Positions 41,042-50,540 of a stretch of DNA of 64,000 nucleotides are shown in pieces. The stretch covers positions 6,619 to 70,618 of the forward strand of contig JAFDXG010000108.1 in NCBI GenBank assembly GCA_018268105.1, written 5' to 3'. The notes below the pieces were generated by a model. The model did not search any database, was not told the DNA's origin, and saw only the letters and a program-made list of their open reading frames with translations. Both the position numbers and the translations under genes were made by a program. Every line of letters starts with the position of its first letter. The first letter of the stretch is position 1. The DNA comes from Bacteroidota bacterium (GTDB lineage Bacteria > Bacteroidota > Bacteroidia > Chitinophagales > Chitinophagaceae).

Positions 41042-41785
41042 TTAATCCCTGTATGCTCTACCGGTAAGGTTCAGATACAATCCTTCCAATCCATTTTGCT
41101 GATGATCTTTTAACAGGTTATGCAGATTATCATGAATAATTATTTTTCCTTCATCTATCATCGCTACAGTATTACATAAATCTTCTGCTTCTTTCAATTG
41201 ATGCGAAGTGTACACTAATGTGGTTCCTTTTTTATTGAGTGATTTTAAATAATCCATAATTGCATAACGTACTTGAATATCAACACCTACTGTGGGTTCA
41301 TCTAAAAATAAAATTTCAGGTTCGTGCATCACAGCTATTGCAAGATTCACCCTTCTTTTCATACCTCCCGAAAAATTCTTTACAGCCGTATTTCGTACAT
41401 GATTAAGCGACAGGATGGATAATAATTCATCTGTTTTTTCCTTAATACGTTTTTTATCCAGCCCTGCCCATGCACCAAAGAATTCCATATTTTCAACGGG
41501 GCTAAGTTCATGATAAAAAGAGAAGTCCTGGGGAACAAATCCAAGAAGTTTTTTTATTTTGTTCCGGTTATTTTTTATTTCATTGCCAAACAACTGAATT
41601 GACCCGGATGTATAAGTGATAAGTCCCGTCATCAGGTTCATCAGGGTAGTCTTTCCGGCGCCATTGGGGCCAAAAAGACCAAAACGGTCGCCTTTATTTA
41701 TTTTTAAATTAAGGCTGCTAATAAGTTGAATATTACTTCTTTTATAACTGAAATCGAGATTTTCTATAAGAACGGCGTCTGTCAT
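41042..41785 (-). CDS. ABC transporter ATP-binding protein
   Basis: It has Walker A GPNGAGKTT, the signature FSGGMKRR and Walker B ILFLDEPT. Confidence 0.92.
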   Translation of the reverse strand: MTDAVLIENLDFSYKRSNIQLISSLNLKINKGDRFGLFGPNGAGKTTLMNLMTGLITYTSGSIQLFGNEIKNNRNKIKKLLGFVPQDFSFYHELSPVENMEFFGAWAGLDKKRIKEKTDELLSILSLNHVRNTAVKNFSGGMKRRVNLAIAVMHEPEILFLDEPTVGVDIQVRYAIMDYLKSLNKKGTTLVYTSHQLKEAEDLCNTVAMIDEGKIIIHDNLHNLLKDHQQNGLEGLYLNLTGRAYRD

Positions 41786-41817
41786 TAAAATACAAAGCTG
41801 TTTGAGTTGTTTTTTTC

Positions 41818-42837
41818 TTACTTCATTTTTTTAATGACCAATGCCAGGTCATTAAAAGCCTTTTTTTCGAGATCGGCAATTTTAAGAAGGTAGTCCCCCA
41901 TTATGTTATAGTCTGACTGGGAAGTTAGTCTTCCTTTGTAAATCCCTGAAGCCTGAACAGCAGCATCCCTCCACAAATCACCAGTATTGGTGAACTGCTT
42001 TGAAACAGCCATTAATTCGTCAATAGGGTGATAAGCTTGTGCCTGTTGTAAAAAGGCGGCATAAATAAAACGAAATCCACCGCCTCCGGTCCCAATTTCT
42101 TCCTGCATTCTCACCAGTTGCGCCAGGTAACTTTTCGATTTTTCGGGACCGAGTTTGTCTTTCCAGCCTTTTATTTTTTTTGCAGTATATCGTATACCCC
42201 TGATACCTGCTATATTACCCGGTATATGCAACATATCGCGGATATTTCTTTTTATGCCTGTTACAATTGCCTGTTTCATTAAAGCATCAGAAACCGGTTG
42301 TATTTCTTTTGGAAAATACAATTGACCCCGTGGAGCAAGAGGCCCCCTGGCAAAACGCACTCTTTCCAGTTCATAACTGTTCATTGTAACCAATGTCTCC
42401 ATAATGGGATCGCTAATGATATAATTGTCACCTTCTTTACCCACTACAATGAGGTTGTGTGCATTGAAATGAAATCTGTATTCTTTGGGGAAATAGGTAA
42501 GATAATATACACCTACCTGACAGGCAGCGGGTTGACCAGCCTGGAGTCTGTTGTCAAGTGCCAGTTTTGCTTTTTGGGGTGAAGAAAACTTTTGTCTGAA
42601 TACCGGAATGTTCAGGGAATTGCAGGTTCTTTTAAAAATCATTCCCGGCATTGTTCTGAATGAAATTGCCGGTCCGTTGTTTACTTTAAAAAAAGGGATA
42701 TAAATATAGAATAGCCCTGAGCCTATTCCGAAGGCCAAAGGCTCTGTCATCTGATGAACTCCAATATGCCTTAATAAACTTGTGGTAACACCGTTTTCGC
42801 AGTGGGCTGCCTGAATGTGTTTGAATTCCGATTGCAT
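41818..42837 (-). CDS. BtrH N-terminal domain / DUF4872-like protein
   Basis: 339 aa. The N-terminal AAHCENGVTTSLLRHIG pattern is typical of BtrH_N (papain-like fold), and the length fits the BtrH_N plus DUF4872 architecture. Confidence 0.6.
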   Translation of the reverse strand: MQSEFKHIQAAHCENGVTTSLLRHIGVHQMTEPLAFGIGSGLFYIYIPFFKVNNGPAISFRTMPGMIFKRTCNSLNIPVFRQKFSSPQKAKLALDNRLQAGQPAACQVGVYYLTYFPKEYRFHFNAHNLIVVGKEGDNYIISDPIMETLVTMNSYELERVRFARGPLAPRGQLYFPKEIQPVSDALMKQAIVTGIKRNIRDMLHIPGNIAGIRGIRYTAKKIKGWKDKLGPEKSKSYLAQLVRMQEEIGTGGGGFRFIYAAFLQQAQAYHPIDELMAVSKQFTNTGDLWRDAAVQASGIYKGRLTSQSDYNIMGDYLLKIADLEKKAFNDLALVIKKMK

Positions 42838-42870
42838 GTAGCTGTATATTTGTCTGTAATCAGGCCTCTG

Positions 42871-43266
42871 TTAAGATATTTGCATTAATTGTTCTCTGGT
42901 TATTTCAAAAACCTTAGCATATTTTTCCAATTTGCGATCCGGTAACTTCATAAACACGTGGGGTTTCAGGTGTCTTTTGACCTGCCATTTCCAAAACCCA
43001 GTATACCCGGCTACAATTTCAATGTCCATTAGTTTCCTTTCCATATAGTAGAGTAGTGGACTTGCTTCTCCCTGCAGTACTTTTTGTTTTGCATGGGCAA
43101 TTCTTTTTTCAACATCTTCCCAGGCCACGTCCAGAGCTTTCATTTTAATTTCCCAACCGGTGCTATGTCCGGTGGTATAATTGCCATTTTCGTCTACAAC
43201 ATAAGACAATTCCTTTGCGATCTTTCCCAAAGCGCCAGGGTCCTGGGGAATTTCATCTTTTTTCAT
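42871..43266 (-). CDS. Hypothetical protein (131 aa)
   Basis: The ORF sits inside the same-strand array between the KAS III-like and BtrH-like genes. I recognised no motif. Confidence 0.4.
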   Translation of the reverse strand: MKKDEIPQDPGALGKIAKELSYVVDENGNYTTGHSTGWEIKMKALDVAWEDVEKRIAHAKQKVLQGEASPLLYYMERKLMDIEIVAGYTGFWKWQVKRHLKPHVFMKLPDRKLEKYAKVFEITREQLMQIS

Positions 43267-43321
43267 GTGTCTTGTATTGAGATTGATTACTAAATCATAA
43301 GATTACAATTTGCAAACTGTT

Positions 43322-44470
43322 TTAGCATACCGTAAGTAGTCCGTACATATAAGAAAATCTGGAACTTTCCGGTACCACCATTAACAACTTATCGCCTAAT
43401 TTCAGTTTTCCGCTATTAAATAGTTCATCTACCATAAAGTAAACCGATGCCGCACCAACATTGCCTACTGTACTCAGGTTTACAAACCATTTTTCATAAG
43501 GAATTTCCATACCCTGTTTAACTTGCTCCTGGTATATTTTGTCTTTAAAAAAATTACTTGACATGTGCGGCATAAAATAAGTGATATCGTTCGGGCTGAT
43601 TCCTTTAGTATCAAATAAATGTTTCAGCATCTTACCACCATAAGGAACGATATTTTCACTTAGCAGTTTTACATCCTGCTTAATACTTAATATTGACTTT
43701 TCACTCATCTCATGATGATCAAACTCCAGGTAGCTCTTTAATGTACCGTCAGCCTGTTTTTCGGCGCCCATATACATACATGCCTCCATGTGATCGGCAT
43801 AGGATATGCCCTCCAGCCATTCTACTCTTAAACTTAAACCCACTTCGTTTTTTTTGCTGGTCAGCAAAAAGGCTGAAGCACCGTCTGACAGCATCCACCG
43901 CAAAAATTCCTTATCAAAACTGATATAGGGATTTTCCTCAAGTGCTTCCAGTTTATGAATCTCGTCTTCAAACTGATGTGCAACCAGTGATGCTGAAAAT
44001 CGCTCTGAGCCAGTGGCAATGGCATTCTTTGCATCACCAATTTTAACGGCCATATAGGCATATTTTAATGCATGCATCCCTGCGCAACATACACCACTTG
44101 GCGATACAACTTCAATAGATCCCAATTCAGGCAGCCAACCATGCACCATACAGCCATGTGAAGGCATCATCTGATCCGGAGATGAAGTACCGCATGATAA
44201 TACATCAATATGTTTTATACCCTCTTCATCATCTTTAAATAACTTTTTTACTGCTAATGCAGTAAGCTGGGCATTGGTATGTGTAGGCTTACCCCCTTTT
44301 TCAAGAGCATAATACCTGTTTGTAATAGCATTATTTCGCAAAACAATCCTTCTCGATTTAGAAGGTTTCCCATTGATATAGCCCAGATATTCTTCCATCT
44401 CGTCATTAGGAACTGGGGCATTCGGAAAAAATGAAGCTGTCCTTGTAATATATACTTCGTTTAATGCCAT
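43322..44470 (-). CDS. darB: KAS III-like ketosynthase, DarB-type (dialkylresorcinol biosynthesis)
   Basis: 382 aa with a FabH-like fold and the nucleophile context PSGVCCAGMHALK. It lies directly downstream of a DarA-like gene, as in described darAB loci. Confidence 0.75.
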   Translation of the reverse strand: MALNEVYITRTASFFPNAPVPNDEMEEYLGYINGKPSKSRRIVLRNNAITNRYYALEKGGKPTHTNAQLTALAVKKLFKDDEEGIKHIDVLSCGTSSPDQMMPSHGCMVHGWLPELGSIEVVSPSGVCCAGMHALKYAYMAVKIGDAKNAIATGSERFSASLVAHQFEDEIHKLEALEENPYISFDKEFLRWMLSDGASAFLLTSKKNEVGLSLRVEWLEGISYADHMEACMYMGAEKQADGTLKSYLEFDHHEMSEKSILSIKQDVKLLSENIVPYGGKMLKHLFDTKGISPNDITYFMPHMSSNFFKDKIYQEQVKQGMEIPYEKWFVNLSTVGNVGAASVYFMVDELFNSGKLKLGDKLLMVVPESSRFSYMYGLLTVC

Positions 44471-44554
44471 CTTAATTTTTAAATAGTTTCAAAAATAAAT
44501 GATTCTTTGAATTTAAAGCTAGGGGCAAAAATAATGGTTTACAGTTGTTTACCC

Positions 44555-45475
44555 TTATATTGCTTTACTTTCAAGTTCAACTCCTGCATAATAAGTTAGC
44601 TGTTTTTTTATCCTTTTGCCAAGGAATGGTTTAAAAAATATACCGTCAACAAGCAGAATAATGGGAGCTGCTACGCAAAGGGCAATTAATAAATAATATT
44701 TAAATACTACCAGCCATGCACTCCTGTTTTTCTTTTTGTGAATAATAGATGACCATATCCTGAAAATTTTTCCGGCTTTACGTTCTATGAACATCAGAGG
44801 GTATTTAACTTCAACAGCTTTTTGTGCCACAAGCCGGTACTGAAGCCCCTGCCATTCATTTTTTTGAACAAATTGCTTTACTGTCTCCCCAAATACTGAT
44901 GCATTTTCAATATCCTCATCTGATACGCCGGGTTTGGGGAAAATTCCCCATTTGCGATTTTTTTTCCCCCCCAACATCCAATATAAAATGGTAACAAGGC
45001 TAATATAATTATTATGCCGGTCCACCAGCGCAATATTGCCTACGAGCCTTGCTCCTGCATCCTTCAGCCTGATTTTGATTTTCTCCTGGGCATTGATCCA
45101 CATATTCCGGCATCCGCTTATGGTAACTACTGGTGTATTTCTTAAAAGAGGTTTAAAATCCGGGTGTTGCAGTAAAGAACTGACCGGTATGCTGGGTGAT
45201 AAAAACCAGGGTTGATACCCGATTATAATTAGATCGTAATTTTTTTCTTTAAAAGTAAATGCTTTAAGGGGGGCAGGTATGCCATCCACACTTTCGGGCA
45301 TGGCATCAAAAAAAGTAGAAGAAGTCCAGGGAAAAGGGAATTCTTTTTCAGGAAAAATCTGCACTACTTCTACTGCTATATCCTGGTCATCCGTAAGTGG
45401 ACGGGTAAAATGGCTTATTATATCTCCTAATTGCCCCGATTGGGTAAAGTAAATGGCTAAAACTTTCTTGCTCAT
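44555..45475 (-). CDS. darA: Dialkylresorcinol condensing enzyme DarA-like protein
   Basis: 306 aa with a flavodoxin-like N-terminus (KVLAIYFTQSGQLGDI) and a C-terminal hydrophobic helix. The size and its pairing with a KAS III gene match DarA. Confidence 0.65.
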   Translation of the reverse strand: MSKKVLAIYFTQSGQLGDIISHFTRPLTDDQDIAVEVVQIFPEKEFPFPWTSSTFFDAMPESVDGIPAPLKAFTFKEKNYDLIIIGYQPWFLSPSIPVSSLLQHPDFKPLLRNTPVVTISGCRNMWINAQEKIKIRLKDAGARLVGNIALVDRHNNYISLVTILYWMLGGKKNRKWGIFPKPGVSDEDIENASVFGETVKQFVQKNEWQGLQYRLVAQKAVEVKYPLMFIERKAGKIFRIWSSIIHKKKNRSAWLVVFKYYLLIALCVAAPIILLVDGIFFKPFLGKRIKKQLTYYAGVELESKAI

Positions 45476-45488
45476 GCTTTCAAGGGTA

Positions 45489-45998
45489 TTAAAAATCCGA
45501 TACTGATAATATTTTTGAATTTTTACTGTAATTACGGATTACCTTCCGGGTATATTCCGGGATGGTATTGAAATGTGCGATAATAAAATCCCGGTCTGTG
45601 TTTAGGTCATGGTTGTAGCCGAGCATTTTGGGTGCGTTTTCCTGGATAATCAATCTCAGGAATCTCAACTCGGCATTGTTGCTGTCTTTTCCTAACGCCG
45701 TCTCGAATTTTATTTTTCCGGTTTTAAATGTCTTTAATTTTTTAGAAATCACTTTCATCAATCCTGCACTTTTCATTATTAAAGCACCACTAAAGGCATC
45801 TTTGTTTTTAAAATCATCCTTTTCTATTATATCAATCTGGTATTTTATTGCTTCAGAATTATTCCCTTCCATCGCCTTATAGTAGGTTGCCCTGTCAAAC
45901 GCTGATGCCTGTTGCTGTCCGTATGAAATATTTGTTATACAAACGAAAACAAGCATACACCAACTGATCCAACATCTGTATTTTATTGTAATATTCAT
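45489..45998 (-). CDS. Hypothetical secreted protein
   Basis: A signal-like N-terminus begins at ATG 45998. It is the first gene of the same-strand array and ends 13 nt upstream of the darA-like gene. Confidence 0.4.
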   Translation of the reverse strand: MNITIKYRCWISWCMLVFVCITNISYGQQQASAFDRATYYKAMEGNNSEAIKYQIDIIEKDDFKNKDAFSGALIMKSAGLMKVISKKLKTFKTGKIKFETALGKDSNNAELRFLRLIIQENAPKMLGYNHDLNTDRDFIIAHFNTIPEYTRKVIRNYSKNSKILSVSDF

Positions 45999-46185
45999 AA
46001 AAATTTCAAACCTACATAAATTTTTTCTCCTGTAATTCATTTACATATTTACTGATTCACAAATTTTGCAATACTCTGTTTGATATTGTTAATTGCTGAC
46101 AAAATTTAATGGCATTTAATCGAATGAATCATTATATGAATTTTGGAAGTAATATCTTTGAGGGATAAATAAAATTTTAATAACC

Positions 46186-46710
46186 ATGAAGAAATTTTTG
46201 TTCCTAACCTTGATTACTTTAGGAATTAGTAGTACCCTTTTAGCCCAAAGACATTATAAGAGTAGCATGGGTGTGCGTATTGCCCCTGGGTCTTATTACG
46301 ATTTACTGGCTTTCTCTTACAAAACTTTCCTGAATGAAGAGGGAGCTATAGAGTTGAATGGTGGTTTTGGCAGCAAAGCAAGGTCTGTATTAGGGAATAG
46401 TTACAATCCATTTTCCATTTCAATTTCGGCAGGCTACCAATATCATTTTAGTATCCCGGTTGCCGGTTTGCGGTGGTTCGTTGGTGGTGGGCTCAGTGGT
46501 TACCATAATTTTGCGAGCAATGGCGATGTCAATGGTATTGGATTCGGATTTTTTCCTACAGGTGGTGTGGAATGGAAAATACCGGCAATCCCTTTAGTGG
46601 TAGGTGCAGATTATCGCCCCACTATTTTCTTCACCCGTCCCGAAGCTTATGATACATTTTTTGCAGGAAATTTCGGTATTTCGGCCAGGTACACATTTGG
46701 CGGGGAATAG
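46186..46710 (+). CDS. Small outer-membrane beta-barrel protein (OmpW/porin-like)
   Basis: 174 aa with a signal peptide, alternating aromatic and glycine beta-strand patterns and a C-terminal aromatic residue (RYTFGGE). Confidence 0.65.
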   Translation: MKKFLFLTLITLGISSTLLAQRHYKSSMGVRIAPGSYYDLLAFSYKTFLNEEGAIELNGGFGSKARSVLGNSYNPFSISISAGYQYHFSIPVAGLRWFVGGGLSGYHNFASNGDVNGIGFGFFPTGGVEWKIPAIPLVVGADYRPTIFFTRPEAYDTFFAGNFGISARYTFGGE

Positions 46711-46741
46711 TCGAGTCTAAAAGCATTAATTTTTACAATTG

Positions 46742-46771
46742 AATCCCGGTACTTTTTAGTCCGGGATTTTT
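46742..46771 (+). terminator. Rho-independent terminator candidate
   Basis: AATCCCGG-N11-CCGGGATT (8-bp stem) is followed by TTTTAATT, 32 nt after the stop of the beta-barrel gene. Confidence 0.6.
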
Positions 46772-46787
46772 AATTGTTTGAAGAAAT

Positions 46788-47585
46788 TTATTTAATCAGT
46801 TCCAATAGCAATTCGGGTTCATTAGTAGTTATAAAGTCAAATTTATTTTCTATGAGCCATTTCATATCATCCCCATTATTTACTGTCCAGGCATTCAGTA
46901 CTACTTTATTTTCTTTTGCTTCCTTAATCCACTCAGGGTGTTTTTTAAAAACACTGAAATGATAATCTAATCCAATAACACTATCATTTTTAAGCTCTAC
47001 TGGGGATTTATCTCCATTTAAATATTGAACTTTTGCATTAGGCTGCAATTCCAATACCTTCTTTATAATGGCATAGTCAAAGCTGATATAAATAATCCAG
47101 GGTTCAGCTTTAAGTTCTTTAACCAGTTCTACTACTATTTGTGCAAGGCGCTGACCGCGTTCTTTGCTGATACCGGAAGGTTTTATTTCAAATACCAGCA
47201 TAGTATTGCGTTGTTGCATTCCGGCAAGCAGGTATTGCCTTGCAGTTGGTATGGTTTCACCGTTGGAAAGTTTGGCTTCCGCAAGGGATGTATAGCTACT
47301 CTCTTCTATTTTTTTTCCCGCATAAATTGGATCGTGATTTACTATCAGTGTATCGTCTGCGGTAAGGTGCACATCAAATTCGGTACCGGCACACCCAAGG
47401 CGTATGGCTTCCTGTAATGATGCAATGGAGTTCTCCGGAAGGTGATTTTTCTTCCAGGCGCCCCGGTGGGCTACCACAATATTTTGGGTAAACTGCATAT
47501 TGGTACCGGTTGATTTTTTTGAAGAAGTACAACTATTGTCTATTAAAACTATAGTTGCAAACAGGAACGACAAATAAATTTTCAT
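46788..47585 (-). CDS. Glycerophosphodiester phosphodiesterase
   Basis: 265 aa with a lipoprotein-like signal, the GDPD motif VVAHRGAW...ENS and FDVHLT. Confidence 0.85.
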   Translation of the reverse strand: MKIYLSFLFATIVLIDNSCTSSKKSTGTNMQFTQNIVVAHRGAWKKNHLPENSIASLQEAIRLGCAGTEFDVHLTADDTLIVNHDPIYAGKKIEESSYTSLAEAKLSNGETIPTARQYLLAGMQQRNTMLVFEIKPSGISKERGQRLAQIVVELVKELKAEPWIIYISFDYAIIKKVLELQPNAKVQYLNGDKSPVELKNDSVIGLDYHFSVFKKHPEWIKEAKENKVVLNAWTVNNGDDMKWLIENKFDFITTNEPELLLELIK

Positions 47586-47821
47586 TTAATATTGAAGATA
47601 AAGGTGAAGAATAAACCAAAAATAAATAACCTGGGCTATTCCGGGAAGGGGGTATTTCAATTTTTTGCTGCTGCACAACTTTCCTTTTGGTAAAACATCA
47701 TGTCTGTCAATTTTACAATCCCTGATACGTGAGCAACTTATCAGGGCCAATGTCCCGACACGTGGGGTACCCCGCCGGAATGATGGGAATGCATTTTCCA
47801 CATTTAAGGATACCTTAATTA

Positions 47822-48180
47822 AGGCTTGCTTTTTAACTGGTCCTATACTCACTATGCTATGAATGCACGAATACGCCTGCGGCGCGTTTGTGCATAACAT
47901 TCGTGTAATAGTACTTTGTATCAAACAACTGCAGACATTTTGAAAAAATTATAACCAAACCCTTGCAGCAGTATTATTGTCAGATCAAATCCGATATAGC
48001 AATAACACACTATATCTATTACAAACATTTACGATTCTCCACTAAATTTTCGTGTATGTGTGGCTTTGTTGTATCCTTACAATTGGTACTCTTTCAAACT
48101 GCTGGAATTAGTCTGGAACTACCTCTTTCCCGAAATTTATGTGGTATCGCCTGTTATTCTGCAAGCTTTAAGTAATAGGA
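47822..48180 (+). repeat. Copy B of the ~360-bp non-coding repeat element (core 47861-48113)
   Basis: It aligns to the reverse complement of 37725-38081 and lies in the 784-bp gap between the GDPD gene and thyA. Its 3' end points toward thyA. Confidence 0.85.
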
Positions 48181-48369
48181 AACTAAGTACACTATGCCCC
48201 TTTTTGCTTTACAAAAAGTTGAACAGTGTTGCTGCAGTACAAGGGAGCGTCGCAAGGGACGATGCCAGATGAACTATCGCCGGAAATCAAAATATCCACT
48301 TTCAATTCACATTTAGGCTACCGGCAGACAGAAATATCTCCGCTTACGGCTTTTGGTGTAACTTGCAGT

Positions 48370-49182
48370 ATGCAACAATACCTAGACCTGCTTCAACATA
48401 TAATGGATACCGGCGTGCAGAAGCACGACAGAACCGGCACCGGCACTATTAGTTGTTTTGGATACCAGATGCGTTTTGACCTTACCCTGGGTTTCCCGTT
48501 AGTAACCACAAAAAGAGTGCACCTGAAAAGTATTATTCACGAACTGCTTTGGTTTCTGAAAGGGGATACCAATACCAGGTATCTCAAAGATCATGGCGTG
48601 AGTATATGGGATGAATGGGCAGACGAACAGGGGGAACTGGGACCGGTATATGGCAAACAATGGCGAAGCTGGATGGGTGCAGACGGGAAAGTAATAGACC
48701 AGATATCGGATGTGATTCAGCAAATTAAAACTAATCCTGATAGCCGCCGGTTGATAGTGAGTGCATGGAATGTAGCTGATCTTCCGAAAATGGCGCTAAT
48801 GCCCTGCCATACTATGTTCCAGTTTTATGTGGCAGAACCTGCACAGGGGGGTAAACCAAGGTTATCCTGCCAGTTATATCAACGCTCTGCTGATGTTTTT
48901 CTTGGGGTGCCATTCAATATTGCTTCTTATGCCTTGCTTACTATGATGATTGCACAGGTTTGCGATCTGGATGCCGGTGAGTTTATTCACAGTTTTGGAG
49001 ATGTGCATTTGTATAACAATCATATAGAACAGGCTAATCTGCAGCTTACCCGTATTCCGTATGAAAGCCCGGTAATGCAAATAAACCCGGGAGTAAAAAA
49101 TATTTTTGATTTTAAGTTTGAAGATTTTAAACTGGAAAATTACCAGTCGCATCCTGCAATTAAGGCTCCTGTAGCAGTCTGA
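48370..49182 (+). CDS. thyA: Thymidylate synthase
   Basis: [15 protein letters not shown]... has the catalytic Cys in [14 protein letters not shown] 48370 was chosen because the upstream part of the tracked ORF lies in non-coding sequence. Confidence 0.95.
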   Translation: MQQYLDLLQHIMDTGVQKHDRTGTGTISCFGYQMRFDLTLGFPLVTTKRVHLKSIIHELLWFLKGDTNTRYLKDHGVSIWDEWADEQGELGPVYGKQWRSWMGADGKVIDQISDVIQQIKTNPDSRRLIVSAWNVADLPKMALMPCHTMFQFYVAEPAQGGKPRLSCQLYQRSADVFLGVPFNIASYALLTMMIAQVCDLDAGEFIHSFGDVHLYNNHIEQANLQLTRIPYESPVMQINPGVKNIFDFKFEDFKLENYQSHPAIKAPVAV

Positions 49183-49219
49183 CTTTTATTTTCTTTTTTG
49201 CAAAGCTGAACATACCGCT

Positions 49220-49720
49220 ATGAATATATCACTAATAGTTGCCGCTTCTGAAAATAATGCGATAGGAAAAAATAATGAGCTTCTGTGGCGTTTGCCCAAT
49301 GATATGAAGTTTTTTAAGAACACTACCTGGGCAATGCCGGTAATCATGGGGAGAAAAACTTTTGATTCGCTTGCCGGAGAACCTCTGCCGGGGAGATATA
49401 ATATTGTTGTTACCAGAAATCATATAGACCTTGCCGGATGCCTCAACGCTGAACTGTCATTCAGTCCGGAAGAAGCATTACTTAAAGCAAAAGAGAAAGA
49501 TTGTAAAGAAGTGTTTATTGCCGGCGGGCAACAGATATATAATGCATTTTTGCCGGTTGCCACAAAAATATATATCACCCGGGTGCATGCGGTTTTGGAT
49601 GGGGATGCTTTTTTCCCGGCGATTGACACCACTAAGTGGAAAAAAGTTTACCAGCTCGATTTTGCTGCAGATGAAAAACATGCTTATCCTTATTCTTTTC
49701 AAACCTGGGTAAAGGCATAA
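49220..49720 (+). CDS. folA: Dihydrofolate reductase
   Basis: 166 aa with IVAASENNAIGKNNELLWRLPNDMKFFK, and it follows thyA. Confidence 0.92.
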   Translation: MNISLIVAASENNAIGKNNELLWRLPNDMKFFKNTTWAMPVIMGRKTFDSLAGEPLPGRYNIVVTRNHIDLAGCLNAELSFSPEEALLKAKEKDCKEVFIAGGQQIYNAFLPVATKIYITRVHAVLDGDAFFPAIDTTKWKKVYQLDFAADEKHAYPYSFQTWVKA

Positions 49721-49728
49721 TTACCTGC

Positions 49729-50526
49729 ATGTATACCACATTTCAATTAGCAGCCAGATTTATTCGCTACTATATTACAGCATCCAGTGGTACCGGACAT
49801 GGCACTCACTCTCCGTTTGTGTACAAATTTATTACTGAAGTATTAAACGACAACCGGTCTTTCTATCCCTATTATCGTATAGAAGCCATTAGGCAGGAAA
49901 TGCTGACAAGCGCCTGTGAAATAGAAGTAGATGATTTTGGTGCAGGTTCCCGTGGGCTTAAAGGCAAACAGCGAAAAGTAAAAGATATTGCCCGCTCATC
50001 TTTGAAGAGCCCTAAATATGCAAGACTGCTTTTTAGAATTGCAAATTATTTTCAGCCTGAGAATATTCTTGAATTAGGAACATCGCTGGGTATTACTACT
50101 GCCTATCTTGCATCGGCAAATAACAGCACTAAAGTATATTCCCTTGAGGGAGCAACGGCTATAGCTGAACTTGCGGAAAATAATTTCAGAAAACTGGGTT
50201 TGAATAATATAAAAACTGTAACCGGTAATTTTGACGATACACTTGCAGTTGTACTGGAGCAAATGAAATCTGCCGGACTTGTGTTTATTGATGGGAATCA
50301 TCGTATGCAACCTACTCTCAGGTATACTAATCAATTGAAGCCTTATCTCCACAAAGGATCAATAGTGATACTTGATGATATACACTGGAGCAGGGAAATG
50401 GAAAAAGCCTGGGAGGAAGCCCGGATGGATGAATCTGTTACTTGCAGTATAGATCTTTTTTTTATCGGTATATTATTTTACAACCCCGATTTTAAAATAA
50501 AACAACATTTTGTGATCAGGTTTTGA
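49729..50526 (+). CDS. Class I SAM-dependent methyltransferase
   Basis: 265 aa with motif I ILELGTSLGITT and an acidic residue at the end of beta-2 (YSLEG). Confidence 0.7.
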   Translation: MYTTFQLAARFIRYYITASSGTGHGTHSPFVYKFITEVLNDNRSFYPYYRIEAIRQEMLTSACEIEVDDFGAGSRGLKGKQRKVKDIARSSLKSPKYARLLFRIANYFQPENILELGTSLGITTAYLASANNSTKVYSLEGATAIAELAENNFRKLGLNNIKTVTGNFDDTLAVVLEQMKSAGLVFIDGNHRMQPTLRYTNQLKPYLHKGSIVILDDIHWSREMEKAWEEARMDESVTCSIDLFFIGILFYNPDFKIKQHFVIRF

Positions 50527-50540
50527 ATGATTAAGGACTT

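Noticed and set aside
37725-48180. The inverted repeats could be read as a classical phase-variation inverton.
   Set aside because: Invertons have short inverted repeats (tens of bp) around a small promoter fragment, with a nearby site-specific recombinase. Here the repeats are ~360 bp, the segment is 9.7 kb and no recombinase gene is in the window. Only RecA-type inversion remains a possibility.
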